DNA of 64,000 nt from Bugula neritina (taxonomy: Eukaryota; Animalia; Bryozoa): contig OZ037772.1 of NCBI GenBank assembly GCA_964035545.1, positions 11,096,818-11,160,817 on the forward strand, in the 5' to 3' direction. A program made the translations under genes and the position numbers. Under the pieces are notes generated by a model. That model had not been told where the DNA came from, ran no database searches, and saw only the letters and a program-made list of their open reading frames with translations. Of the stretch, positions 23,474 to 36,420 are shown piece by piece; positions within the stretch are counted from its first letter, which is position 1, and the number at the start of each line of letters is the position of its first letter.

Positions 23474-26400
23474 ATGTTTGAAAAAATGGCAAAATCAAGG
23501 TTGAAAAGAAGTGAGTATACCTAGTCTATGATAATATTGCTGTAGAGCCGTGTGTCTAATTCAAATGTGTCCATAGAGTTTCAATACAGACAACCTTCCA
23601 TAAATGATATAAAAAGTAGAACATTGAAATGCTTAAAATGACAGTCAAGCAGCATGGTGAATTATTAATCATGCAGACACTGTATACTAATTAAAAACGA
23701 AGTCAACACTCAACTTGGTTCGACTTGAGCCAATTCGAAATCGTAGCTGCTCAACCAATCACAGCATCTTTTACTGATGTAAGCAAATTGGTTATTGGCG
23801 TAGTCTTAAAGATTGAATTATACCCAATCAAAACTCCACCCATCAGAGTTGCCATCAACCAAATAAGACATGGACTCAACTGAAAAAGAGTGTCAATGTA
23901 TGATAGTTTTTGTAGCTCAATGCTCATCAAAATATACATGCAATCATCTTTAAAAATTGTATTTTTTGTCACCTTGATAGGGAAATTTAAGTCTATACTA
24001 GATGTACTGACATTAAATAATGTAGTGCACCATGTATTGCACCTGCTTTACAAACAAGGAATAAAATGTACATCCGGATAATTTATAATATGCGTTTTGT
24101 AGTCACTGCAAAGCATACTTTAATTTTATGTTATTATTTACTAGAGAACCAAGAAAGTTTAAGAGTTGCAAAGAAGTTGAGGCAGAACCCAGGGTTGTAC
24201 AGCTACAATGCTATAGACGTATTTGACGATACTCTGTATCGAGGGTGAGTTTGAGCTCGTAAGTCCAGTTTAATTCAACTCAAATGTGTGGGTGTGTCAG
24301 TATCTTACAGTAACTTAGCTTGAGTCCTGAATAAATATTCTATAGTTCTATACAACACATAGGATCAGTATGTGGTCTAAAGGCTAGAGCACAGGCAATT
24401 GGTAAACAAAGTCAGTGGTTCGATTCCCAGTAAAGGATATTGGTGATGTTAGTAAAGGCATTTAGTCATAATTACTTTTCTGTCACAATAGTGAAAAATC
24501 CCTCAACTTACAAAAAACGCTTTTCCATTAGAGATTTTTACGGGTGACTATCAAGTAAAATCAATCAAAGTAAACTTTGGTTTTGTCGTTTTCTAAAAGT
24601 AGACAAAATAATAAACACGAAGGCAGTTAAAATAATTGCAGCAAACTTTGATTTTGTTGTTGCAAATAATACTAAGTATTTATTTATCAAATATGTATAT
24701 TAAAGCCACATGCTCTTGTATAGCAAAATAGGGTGCATATATAGAAATTATAATTGATATTCAAGAGTATAATATAACTCCTGACTACAGTATGTTGTGA
24801 AATAATAATTATACTAAACAAATCTCACTATAGTTCTATAAAGCTTTAGTACTAGAGACATAACATAGGAGTTGTGTTACCTTGGCAACTATAGCATACA
24901 AGTGCTATAGTTGCCAATTTTAATTATATAGCAAATAGAAAATTTCTAAGTGTCACAATAGTAAATATAGCATGTAGGCCTTATAGGGTTTTAGCAAGCT
25001 ATATATATATTATATATGGGCTTATATAGCAAGCTAAATAAGTATAGCACACATATGAGTTATAGAAAGCTATATATACATATAACTTATCTTAGCTATA
25101 GGAAATAATATACTTTACAAAGTTGGCCTAGCGCAAATCGTACTGATTCTAAGTACGAATGCCCACAGAGTGTATACAAAAGTTCACCCACCTTACCCAT
25201 AGTTCATTGCTTCTTTAATCTTGCCAATCAGTCCTGCTGTGACCTTACAATTTATATCCTGCCAGTGGTGGATTTCATAACCTTATAGTTTATGCATATA
25301 ATGCAAGTGGTGGATTCATTTGTTATTATTATAGAACTTTGTCTGTGAGCTAGCAAATAAATCATTATTGATTAGTTTTGTATGGGCTGTGTTGAGGTCA
25401 AAACCTTACGGTTGTCAGAACTTTCGTATAAAAAGTTCAATATTTAAAATTAAATTAATTTATATTACGGTTTTACAGAAATTTCTAGACAAGGTATAGT
25501 TAAAGCTAAAAGCAGCATTTTGCACTTGACCCAGTTGCTCTGATAATTGTAGAAAAGGGCTTACTGTTATCGAATAATATATTATAAGTATAGATAATAT
25601 AGTATAGGTGTAATTTAGCTATTTAATGATATAAATAACTTCATTGCTCATAGCAAACTTCATTTTCTATGTGCTATATCTGCATTAGTATTGCAAAATT
25701 AGTATTAACTTGCTTGATTATTTAAAAGTTTTTAACCATTTTTAGTCTATTGATACTTTTAAAAATATAGTGTGTTTATGTCATAGCTTTATTGCTAATA
25801 CAAATCTTACGGTAAAAGTAAGCTTAAGATGTCTTTTTGTTTTTTTGTAGCCCAAAATATGCTTTAGGGTTTCAATTTCTTATCGGTTTTAATTTGTTTT
25901 AAGTTTCCACTTTGAATCCATATGTTAGTTCTTCATGTCTGTACATGAGGAAACTTAGTTTTCTTGAATGATATAATTTGAAGAAAACCTTAAAGCAAAT
26001 GATTAACTACACACCACTCGAAGAATCAGTATGCATAACTTAAAAATCTCCAATAGTTTCAACATTTGCATTGGTTAATGCATAATCTTTAGAGCAATGT
26101 AAATACTTTTGAAAGTTGAATGAGTGTTGTGCAAATACTGGAGAGTTTATTTGAGTTCAGATAATTTAATATATTTTAATTCAGAAGATTAAATAGATAC
26201 TTTAGCGGTTTGCTATGATTAAAGAGTGCACTGGAACTAAAAATGTTTAATGTTATTAAAAATCTGTCAGTTCATTATGAAAAAATAAGTTAACCAATTG
26301 GATGTTGGTATAGCCAATCAACTTAACAACAAAATGTTTTTAGAAAGATTTTTACTAATTAAACAGCAATTAATTAAGGTGATATATGTATATATCATTA

Positions 26401-28234
26401 AAACTTTTAAAATAAGTACATTTTATATTAGTTTCATATAGATTGTCATAGAAAAACAAAATCTTAGCCAATCTCAGTCATCTACATTATGCATAAAAAT
26501 GAAAGCATTTTCTTTAAAGCATAGACCAACATTGTGAATGTCTAAGAATTTATGCTGTGTAATGAAGCAAAACAAATCAGGACAAACTTTGCCAATAGTC
26601 AAGTTCCTGGTCATCAATTACCCACCAAGGGAAAAAATCAATATATTATTATTGTATATTAGACATCAACCTATACCTGCACTCAATAACACCGTAATCT
26701 ATTGGAATGCACAGGTTAAGCATGCTTGCATGTTCAACAGCATAATAGCATTCCTTTCCAGTTACAAAACTAAAAATATAATTGAATATGGCCACAATAG
26801 ATCCAACTATTATGTTCAAGAGACTAAGGCATAAAAATGTACAGCCAAAAAAATCAACATAAATATTTGTGTAATTTAGGTGAGGGTTATTCGAATGAGT
26901 TAGGGGGGTTCTAGCTCCGCTCCTTGACAATGCATGTGTTCCGTATGATTATACCTCAGGGTCTCATCATCAGAGTAATGCTGTTGAATTAGCATTCTCA
27001 ACATTGCGAGTAAATATTGTAACAAACTCGCTCCGCAAATAACAGTCAGGCATTTCAGTGACGATGAAGCATCTATCTTCAGTACCTGACAGAAAAACAT
27101 TTTGCTATTGCGTGAAAATTTGGGAATGAAGAAATTTCTTTGAAAAAAATCTATACCATCTTCATCACGGGTGAGTAAAAGTTAGCCAGATATGAGTCCT
27201 AAATATTTTTTAAAAAGTAGTATATAAGTTATATAATAAATAAAATCATGTGTAGATTGTGAATGGATGAGAATTTTTCTCAGCTACAGCCATTTGAATA
27301 GAATACTTGTTAATTTAGTGAATCATAATTAATAATTTCATGCTTTTAATAAATAAAAGGAAAAAATGCACGAGTTACTATAAAAATAAACTCTTGAAGT
27401 AAGTAAATAAATGTATGTGGTGTATTCAGTATTATAATTCAAAATAATAACATAACATTTCCCTATAGAAGAAACTATATTCTATTAAAATATAAGAATA
27501 ACATTTATTTTAGACAGCCTAGACAAATCTGAGAAGGAAATGTTTGATTCAATTGAAGACACGACACAATACCTCATGTTGGGTGACAAGCAGGATGATC
27601 AGCGTGAAACAGACAGAGATAATGAAGAGGTCATGGGTTTACCACACTACTTTGTATTTGTGAAAACTTTTTGAGGTCAAGTGAATTGAGGTCTAATTGA
27701 TTAGGTGAATCATTATGATCAGCACTAGTAATATATGCCATAGACAGCAAATGAGAAATTATTAGCTTGCAATTTTTAAAGCAATACTATTTTTAATGCA
27801 AGATTTGCAAAACTAGAATCAGTGTACATTTAAAAATAATTCTATTCTTTTCAGTAGTTATTATTTTATGATTTTGCAACCATAAAAAAGTGTTTGTAAG
27901 CATTTGCTGATTTCCAAATATAAATATTTTGTTTTTCCTTAATATTGCTAGAGAAAGGAAACTGGAAAGCCTTATAATCCAAATAATTTCAACGTTTAAT
28001 AATTTTAGAGTTGCCTCCTTTTATGGTGCATACATAATAATATAATGGTTATGTTTTCAGGAACTTCAAGAAAAAAGAAAGAAAATAATACAGAGTTTAT
28101 TGCAGAAGTTTGATTTAGAGGAATGTATGACAACGTACCGCAGTTTGTATAGCACAGAACACAGATATGATCCTAAAGATCTCAGTCTAGAAAGGTTAGC
28201 AAGAGTTCCCACTCACATATGCAGGCCTGTATGA
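23474..28234 (+). CDS. Small orphan protein (~140 aa), charged and helical
   Basis: Phase-consistent exons 23474-23510, 24145-24244, 27518-27629, 28061-28234: MFEKMAKSRLKRKNQESLRVAKKLRQNPGLYSYNAIDVFDDTLYRGLDKSEKEMFDSIEDTTQYL...ELQEKRKKIIQSLLQKFDLEECMTTYRSLYSTEHRYDPKDLSLERLARVPTHICRPV; AATAAA near 28395. Confidence 0.6.
24362..24560 (+). mobile_element. tRNA-derived SINE, family A
   Basis: B box GGTTCGATTCCC followed by TTGGTGATGTTAGTAAAGGCATTTAGTCATAATT. Confidence 0.8.
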
Positions 28235-29225
28235 CTATGTACCGTACCCACATGTGCGGCTTAGTTTCCCATAAACTAATGTCATCTTAAACAACTTCTA
28301 AATTGTAATGCAGTAAAGAATATAATGCCATTGTAAAACTTATAAATGTGTGTTCTTTTTGCATTGCATACTCTAATTTCTGTATATCAAACTTAATAAA
28401 TGCATTTTGCATCTCAATACAATTGCAGAAAATTTTCATAGATAACTTTTTTAATTGTGCTTGCGGATGTTGTTTTGGGGTAAAAGTTAAAAATCTTGCA
28501 TAACTTCTTCTGCAAGATTTATCTAGAACACAGGTTTTTTCAAAATCTTCTGTATATATCCTTAAGTATTATACTGTACAGTTATGGGGCTTACTAAAAA
28601 ACACTCTCTCTTTCAATTGGGCTAATAGCAGCACCTCTAAACACATTCTTGAGAGTTTCTGCTTAAAGAACAGCCCTTCCTGACATAATCAATTGTCGTG
28701 CCAGTATTGCATCCTTGACCTAGTACACTCCAGGTCATCACTGTAACCATTAGACCACTGCTGCCTCATAGCATGTAGATAGTAGAGTGGGGTGTCAAAG
28801 TGTTGTGAAATGCTTTTATCAGTTTGTTTTGAAAAGTTCAGAGTTATTGGTAGTGAGAATACTGTTGTATTCAAATATTGAAATAAAGCGGAAGCCCATA
28901 TTTCTGTTTGAACACCAGGAGCAAAAGCTAATTATAGTTAATATTTTTAAAATAAACAAAAATTAAAATATCACTCTAAAATTGTCTGCTATAATTAATA
29001 ATAATGTATGCCTCGTTTAAAAGTTGAATAGAGTGTTCTGTGTGTTAGTGCCTCTTTACTGATAGTGTTCTATTTTCTAACCATTTCATTTATCTATGTA
29101 CATTAATTGTAAAGTTGCGCAAAACTATATCTATATTTAAATTGAAACCTTTACAAGCATGAAACACTAATAGCCACTAATTCCCAAATGCCCAGTTTAG
29201 ATTGTAGTTGCTTTGCCAACAATAG

Positions 29226-29355
29226 AACACCTAGTTACACAGGTGGAGATACCACCTAGTTACACAGGTGGAGATAACACCCAATCACACAGGTGAAGAT
29301 AACACTTAGTTACACAGGTGGAGATAACACCTAGTTACACAGGTGGAGATAACAA
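29226..29355. repeat. ~25-bp minisatellite, 5 copies
   Basis: Unit AACACCTAGTTACACAGGTGGAGAT. Confidence 0.9.
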
Positions 29356-30049
29356 CTAACAGTTTCTTGTTCATTCCTATGAATAGATGAGTCAGCAAAT
29401 TGATATTCAATTGTTCAAAATATCAGTGAAGTTGATAATAGGCATTAGTAGTTTGGAGTTATAAGTGATTGAAAGAATACAATGTTTGTTATTATATAAA
29501 TTTAATTAAATTTTTTGAACAGGCTATTTGATTTTGGAAATATCTTTAGTTCATTTTAGTTTATGTAACACTTTAATTATAGCTCTTATTAGTTTTCTAG
29601 CATTGATGAAATCAATCAGGCAAACAACTCTAAGCAATAATAGAAATAAAATACCATAGTGATAATTAATAACCTTTTATTATATTGAAAAAATTAGCAA
29701 TTTAATTTTAAAGTTTTCTTTAAAAAATGGCAGTGTGTATTGTCAACTACTTATCAAACTATCAGTAACTAATACTTTGACATTACGTCAGAAATATTGC
29801 AGTTCATAATTGCATTTAAGTACAAGATTGTGTGATTAAAAGCATTAGAGTAATATTTACCTAGCAGATGATAAGGGAATACAGTTGCTAATGCAAGTAG
29901 CCTAAGGTTTATATATATTACCATTACAGTGCTATAAGTTACTGTCAGCAAACAAATATGTAGCAGCATAGATAATATTAGTAGAGTACTAGTAGTACAG
30001 GCTGTCATATGTTCAGGTATACAGGTGTGTTTTAGTCTTTGGTTTACTC

Positions 30050-30380
30050 TATATATTATACTATATTAGTTATATTATATTTTGCTTGTTATATGTTACT
30101 ACATTATATTATTGCATTGTTATAATTTGCTTAGTGCATACTGCTATACTAGGTTTATTATATTATATTAATCATGGGTATTATATTACTATATTTTGCC
30201 TATTATATATTATTATGGTATGCTTATTACATTATGCTTAAATTGTGTTAAGATTGTATAATAATTATTATATTCTGTTTATCTTATCGCATAAAGCTAT
30301 GTTTAATATATTTTTGTATTTTGTTTATCGTATATCATCATACTACGTGTATTATATTATAATATTTTTATATTATTAAC
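30050..30380. repeat. Degenerate (ATATT)n low-complexity tract
   Basis: Direct reading. Confidence 0.6.
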
Positions 30381-30475
30381 TCAAATTTGCTTATTAAAGC
30401 TTATTTAAAGCACAATCTCATTAATATAAGTTTAGAAAACTAAAAAGCTGCGTTGGTGGAACTGGAACTCCATTT

Positions 30476-30670
30476 GTAACCATGGTAACGATAGTAGCTA
30501 ATTGTAACTATGGTAACAAGTCATGTAGCTATAGTAACCAGTGTCAGCCATGATGAATGGCTGTTACTATGGTATCAGTGGTAACTATAGCCAAAAATAG
30601 TAACTATGTCAAGAAGTAGTAACTATGGCAACAAGTGATAACTATGGCAACAGGTGGTAGCTATGGTAAA
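30476..30670. repeat. ~19-21 bp minisatellite whose unit matches the RFX X-box; possible regulatory array
   Basis: GTAACCATGGTAAC 30476, GTAACTATGGTAAC 30504, GTAGCTATAGTAAC 30525, GTAACTATGGCAAC 30619, ATAACTATGGCAAC 30638, GTAGCTATGGTAAA 30657, plus weaker units between. Confidence 0.7.
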
Positions 30671-31274
30671 TAGTTCTATGCATTAGAAGCTGATATTAAT
30701 TTTTCATGATGCTGAACAGTGCGAATGTCATTTAAAAGAACTGATTTATACTGCATTGTGTATTATTCCTCTGCCTTAATGTTCAGTAAGAGGAGGTCAC
30801 TCTTTGTTCTTGTGAAGACTGAATACAGTGAAAAATCAATACCTTGTGTTTCATGTTACATAACTAATCAATCACTTAGGTAATTTATTGTGAAAGATGA
30901 ACAAATTGATATTAGTCGTCTGACTATGCGGATTTTATGTCACATCTTTGATTAAGAGTTTGGTATGTATTTAGAGCTCAGGCTAAGCAAAGTCATTGAG
31001 TGTATTGAATAGTCCAAATCTACCCATTAGTAGTCAAGGCACAAACATTGGTGTTGGAAGACAATCTGGCTTTCATTTCTGAGGTGGATCTCGCCCAACA
31101 GATATACTAGTTCTGTACATGTGGGATGCTAGAGCATACTACTAGTGAAACACTTTGCGGGCTTGTGTCTACCCACCCTTAGTTTGTATGAGATCAGCGG
31201 ATATGTTGATGTCTGGAGGGTCAGAAGGGAAGGTGGCAGGTCCTTGCAAATGTATCACCTTGTTGACTATCACA

Positions 31275-31385
31275 CCTAGTGAGAAGTAGGTTTATATTAC
31301 TATTACTAGCACCAGTACCTAGTGAGAAGTAGGTTTATATTACTATTACTAGTATCAGTACCTAGCGAAGAGTAGGTTTATATTA
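31275..31385. repeat. ~43-bp tandem repeat, about 2.5 copies
   Basis: Unit ACCTAGTGAGAAGTAGGTTTATATTACTATTACTAG(C/T)A(C/T)CAGT. Confidence 0.8.
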
Positions 31386-32152
31386 AATCACCAGCACCTA
31401 TATTTGGGAGAAAAGAATATTTATAACATTTTATACCTCAGGATTCACGTATAATAAAACTGTATTTTTATTTTGTTTATAACAAAACCAGTGGCAAACA
31501 ACAAGGTTTATATACTGTATTGCTCTCAGTCACTTATCTAATAAATTTCAGGGTCAATATATATAATTGAGAATTTACTATAAAGTTTACCCTGCAAATG
31601 GCCTTTCTATGTTTTGACAAACAACTTGGCATTTTTATCTAGTTTCTATACTTTGCTTGTTGTTATGACTGCTATTGAAATATTGTCAGATATTATGAGA
31701 AATTTTGATAGACTAAATAACTTTCTATATTCAGTTGTATGTTCCCATATAATTTTATGTTATGCTGTTATACAACATGCATATAATATAATATTAATAA
31801 AATTAAAACAACGTGTATACAATTTTATACTAAATAGGGTATGCTGTAATATAAAAATATTGCACAGAAAAAGCAGTAATAATATTACTGCCATAATGTG
31901 ATCAATGCAGCAACATGAAAATATTACAAAAAGAATGTGACCAGAGGAATATAATGCATGCGGTGTTGCAATATATAGTATTGTCATATAGAAAGTGTTA
32001 TAATATACTGTCGTTTTATTGTATAGAATGTGTTTATTTGTTTATCTAATAAATTATTAGCTTTGTTACTTGAATAAGCTGATAACATATTTTTGTCCTT
32101 TTCAATATGTCAGCTAACAACCTCTTCAGTCAAGTGCTGCTGTTTTAGTGAG

Positions 32153-35100
32153 ATGTCGGGGTTAAAGGTCAAGTCACACCTGGAGTCACTGATGGGTACT
32201 GACGTTATAAAGTTGAATGACAGAGAATACATGATGTCACTGCAGAGTAAACTGATGAAGGAGTATGACACTGCCATGGACAAACAGGTGAGCTAGAGAA
32301 ACTTATGTAACAAAATGTTCTAGTTAGTAGATTTAATTAATACTTATTAACATTATGATATTATAATATTATATATTATATTATGTTATGTTATATTATG
32401 CCACAATATGTTATATTCTATTATATTATTTCATATCATATTATATTGTTCTATATTATATTATTAACTGTTCTATGTTATGCAATACTATATTATATTT
32501 CATTGTATTATATTATTACTACATTATAATTATTATATAATATTATTTATGATTAACATATTTGTAAACCTTCAAGCTGAAACTTTGTTTTGAAAGAAAT
32601 ATTGAGTAATTAAAAAGCATTTTTGAGTTTCATGAAAAACCTGTTTCAATAGACATTGCTTCATGTCAATAGATGCAGTTAAACGACTAATCTAAGTCAG
32701 CTGACAGCAAAAAAAACTCACACAAGTTTATAGTCGCTATCCCGGTGAGAAACCCCTGATGGAAAGGGTTTTTGTTAAATCGGGCTAAGGACTTATTTAA
32801 ATGAGGCACAGGAACAATTATGACTGGATGCTCTTCCTAACATCACCAATGGCCTTTGTCCGCCTCGAACCCATGACCTCATGCAGTATAACAAAGGGTG
32901 TTGGCTAGTTGCAGCACAAGAGGTGTGATGCTTGTTGTAGTGTTAACCTATGCAACAGTTTTATTTAGATCGCATCTGAGTTCTTGGAGAGGAAACAACT
33001 CTATCAATCATATTGTAATTGATTAGATATTAAATCAATTAAATCAATAGATAATCTGTTTCCATCATATGCACTGTGTGTATATATTATATTGTTTCAA
33101 AGCAAATATCATATAAGAACTATTGGCTATGGTAATATTATATAATTTATTTATTTATTATATATTATTTTATTACCTAAACTAGCTGTGCAATATGAAC
33201 ATTTTATAATATTATGTATGCTTTAAAATAATATATATTGTAATAATACATATTATATAATATGTTATATAATGTATTATATAATATATTATAAAATTTA
33301 TTATTATAATATATTATATAATATATTATATAATATATTATATAATATATTATATAATATATTATATAATATAATATATAATATATTACATAATATCCCA
33401 CTATCTTACAGGAAGAGCTGAGATCTGAGAAAGAAAGACGCAGACAGCGTCGCCTGTATATCGAGGGTCTCCAGGATCTCCCCAACATTGACATAAAATC
33501 TGATAAATCTAAGCAAGTAGCAGCCAAACCCTCTTCACAGAAAACGGTGAGTTGTGTTGAAGTGTAAAGTTTGTACCCTTTTCCACAATTTTTTCTATAA
33601 GCAGCGTCGAGTTGAAGGTGACTGAATACAGTAGCTTGGAGTTCTTGAGTTTAAAGTTGGGCATTAAGTTAAAACTTTGAGCCTCCAACTCTACACCCAA
33701 GAACCCAAACTACTGCACTTGGTCATCTCAACTTGGAGCTGCTTATGGAAATATTTCTTTTCCATGGCCCTATTTAGCTAAAAACACAACTTTAATAGCT
33801 TGTGGTTACACCTAACTTGCGGCTTAGATTTTCATTTCTATGACTCTATGACTTGGTGTTACTGCTGTTTAGGATGAAGAGCTCATTCTATCAACACCGG
33901 TTGGTAAGTCGAGAAATCCTGCTCGTGGTAAAAACAGTGCCTCAGCAAAAATCAACAAGTCAGTGAAAGCCAACACAGAGAACGAGGCAGAGGTAATGTA
34001 AATAATATCCTTTTAGAGTTAGTGTAAAATGTTTCACTTTATTAAGTGGTAGATTGTAGTGTTGAGTTTACCCAGTAGCCGCTGTGGTGTAATGGTAGCA
34101 TGCCTGCTTGCAAGCTTGAGATCTGCGGGTTTGAATCCCAATGGGGGCAAAAGTTTGATCAATTAGTAGACTGTGTTTTACAAACTACAATCTTTAAATA
34201 AATAATCAGACTGTTTCTACAGCCGGAAGTAGACTGCCCCATAACCCTTCCAAACAGCACAGTCTCGGAAGACGAACGAAAGAAAGTTCTGGCACAATAT
34301 TCAGGAGAGAGTGAAATAGACGGATACACTCAGAGAGGGTACCTCATGCTTAAACTTAAGAGAGAAGACGTTAGTATTCTCATTGTTAGCTAAAGCCTGA
34401 GATAACGGGGAGGCAATTTCAAATGTTGGTTAGAGTTTTGGTTATGGTTATGGGTTCATGAGATGTGCTCACCTTCAGCTTGAAGCTTCAACTAGCCTCT
34501 TTGCTTTCAGTACAACTGAGTAAATAACAGAAGACTCAGACTATGAAAGCTTTGCATTACCTAAATTGCCACAGTTTGTGTAATTCTTGTTTATCATTAC
34601 CAATGCTAACTACTCATGTCATCAATGTCAGCCATCATTTTGATTAATATGAATTAAGTATGTTGTTTTGCACATGTCCATAACAAGTAAGATTCTCATG
34701 GTCATGAATTATTACTGTAGGTAAGACAACTCCACATCTAACAATATATTCTGTTGTTTATTATACAGACAGTAGAAGGGATGTATAACACAGCAGATCA
34801 AGTTCTGGCTGCTCCAGTGACGGAGTTTAATGTGGAGGAAATTAGATCAGTTAGAGGTAGTCTATCAGTTTCAGATTACAGTTTTACTGCAGATCACAAT
34901 CTTTCTGCAAATTGCAATTTCACTGCAGATTATAGCTTCTCTGCAGATTACAGTCTCTCTGCAGATTACGGTTTCACTGCAGATTACAGTTTTACTGCAT
35001 AGTACAACTTGATATGTAATTTATAAAGTACCTTCATTTTACAATTTTCAACACGCTAACTTTGTTTATACTTTAGATGGTTTTAATTAGTAATGGCGCT

Positions 35101-35304
35101 TTATTAAGTTTGAAATTTTTAGATTGGTTTTCTTTATATTACGTAGTTAGTAATATTTGTTGTTTAGGATCTCCCCGCGCCTCAACAGCACGTCGTAGCA
35201 CAGTAAGACACGACTCCAGGAGACCGTCATCTAAGAGTAGGAAGAGTACGATGCAAAGAAGCACCCCGAGGAAAAGCAGTGCCAGGCGAGGTAGCGAATA
35301 CTAA
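32153..35304 (+). CDS. Orphan protein with N-terminal coiled coil and Arg/Ser-rich basic C-terminus
   Basis: Phase-consistent exons 32153-32287, 33412-33546, 33873-33992, 34223-34369, 34769-34856, 35168-35304: MSGLKVKSHLESLMGTDVIKLNDREYMMSLQSKLMKEYDTAMDKQEELRSEKERRRQRRLYIEGLQDLP...RRSTVRHDSRRPSSKSRKSTMQRSTPRKSSARRGSEY; AATAAA near 35366 and 35449. Confidence 0.75.
32711..32885 (-). mobile_element. SINE family A, 5'-truncated
   Basis: ATGACTGGATGCTCTTCCTAACATCACCAATGGCCTTTGTC..TCGAACCC; very similar to the copy at 53733. Confidence 0.85.
33240..33396. repeat. (TATAATATATTA)n 12-bp repeat abutting a 3' splice site
   Basis: Direct reading; explains the IIYY ORF at 33204-33527. Confidence 0.85.
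34074..34150 (+). mobile_element. tRNA-like SINE head (family B) or tRNA pseudogene
   Basis: AGTAGCCGCTGTGGTGTAATGGTAGCATG..CTTGCAA..GGGTTTGAATCCCAATGGGGGCA: A and B boxes, poor acceptor stem; related to 43785. Confidence 0.6.
34868..35000. repeat. 18-bp minisatellite after a donor site
   Basis: About 7 units of (TG)CAGATTACAGTTT(T/C)AC. Confidence 0.85.
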
Positions 35305-36054
35305 TTAGGCTCGAGTAGAAGAACACCAGATGAAAGAATTGCAGACAATAGCAAGCAATATACAAATAAAAAACATGACATACAAGAAAAAATCGCAACT
35401 GGAATTGTTGTTATGAAATATGCTTTTACAGTTATAATCATATCTATGAATAAAAGTTGTCTAAAATTTGTCATTTAAAAGTGAATAAATTTTCATTTGA
35501 CAGGCACTGTGGCTAACAGAACTTCAACCCATATTTATTGCTACTATATTTGTGTTATTAGCAGCTAAAGGGCTGTCCAAGTAACACTGTGTTATGTTAT
35601 CAATCAGTATTACAACCCGATCCATGTCTATAAATACATTCAGCATTAAACTTACGTTATTATGTTGAAATATTACACTATAGGTCAGCTTGATAATTGT
35701 AATAACAATACACATGAATGCTTTGACAAAGAATTTGTAAACATTAATTTACTTTATTTAAAATTGGCCGACATTTGTAAACATTCTATAGTGCAGGTGT
35801 GTGAACTTTACATGTAAAATGAGACCAGTTTTTTTATAATAAAAAAACATTAGATAGATCGAAGTGAAAGCGTTTAAATTTCTATGGAGGTAAATATGAC
35901 AGTTAATGAGTTAATATTATAACTGAAAAATCTGCATTACTTCGAGTGCATAACATTTCTTTATACCTTTAAATTCATTTATTTGACTTTACCAGTCAGA
36001 TTAGTCATACTATTTAGTATATTTTTGTTGTGCCTCTTATAGAAATTTATTAGT

Positions 36055-36144
36055 AAAAATAAATATTCAGATTATAAATTTACGATGGGATTTACATTGC
36101 AATGTAAATCCCATCGTAAATTTATAATCTGAATATTTATTTTT
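36055..36144. repeat. Perfect 90-bp palindrome with no spacer
   Basis: 45-bp arms centred on TTG|CAA (36099/36100), checked base by base. Confidence 0.95.
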
Positions 36145-36420
36145 TCATTAAAATAGTCTAGCAACAGTAAGTAAACTATTTGAACTGGTGGGTCAAATTC
36201 AAGTTTAGCTAATACAGTAATAACTTATAATGCATACCTTGTAACACAAATACGGACAAATACCATAAATACTATGAAGTAACATAAATACTGCTAAGTA
36301 ACACACTGCAATAATGACAACCCGTTTAAAGTCGAAAAATACAAATCTCTGGTATTGGAAATTTTTGATAAATAGATCGTTGGTAAATAAACGTTAAATA
36401 ATAATAAGATGCTCACAATT

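Noticed and set aside
26960-27171. Exon-like region ending in a GTGAGT donor
   Set aside because: Stops in the frames tested; at most a non-coding alternative first exon.
34005-34013. ATATCCTTT, a U12-type 5' splice site consensus
   Set aside because: It lies just inside a GT-AG intron behind an in-frame TAA; the canonical donor at 33993 gives a consistent model.
34074-34150. Functional tRNA genes (also 43785 and the SINE A heads)
   Set aside because: A and B boxes are present but acceptor and anticodon stems pair poorly; treated as SINE heads or pseudogenes.
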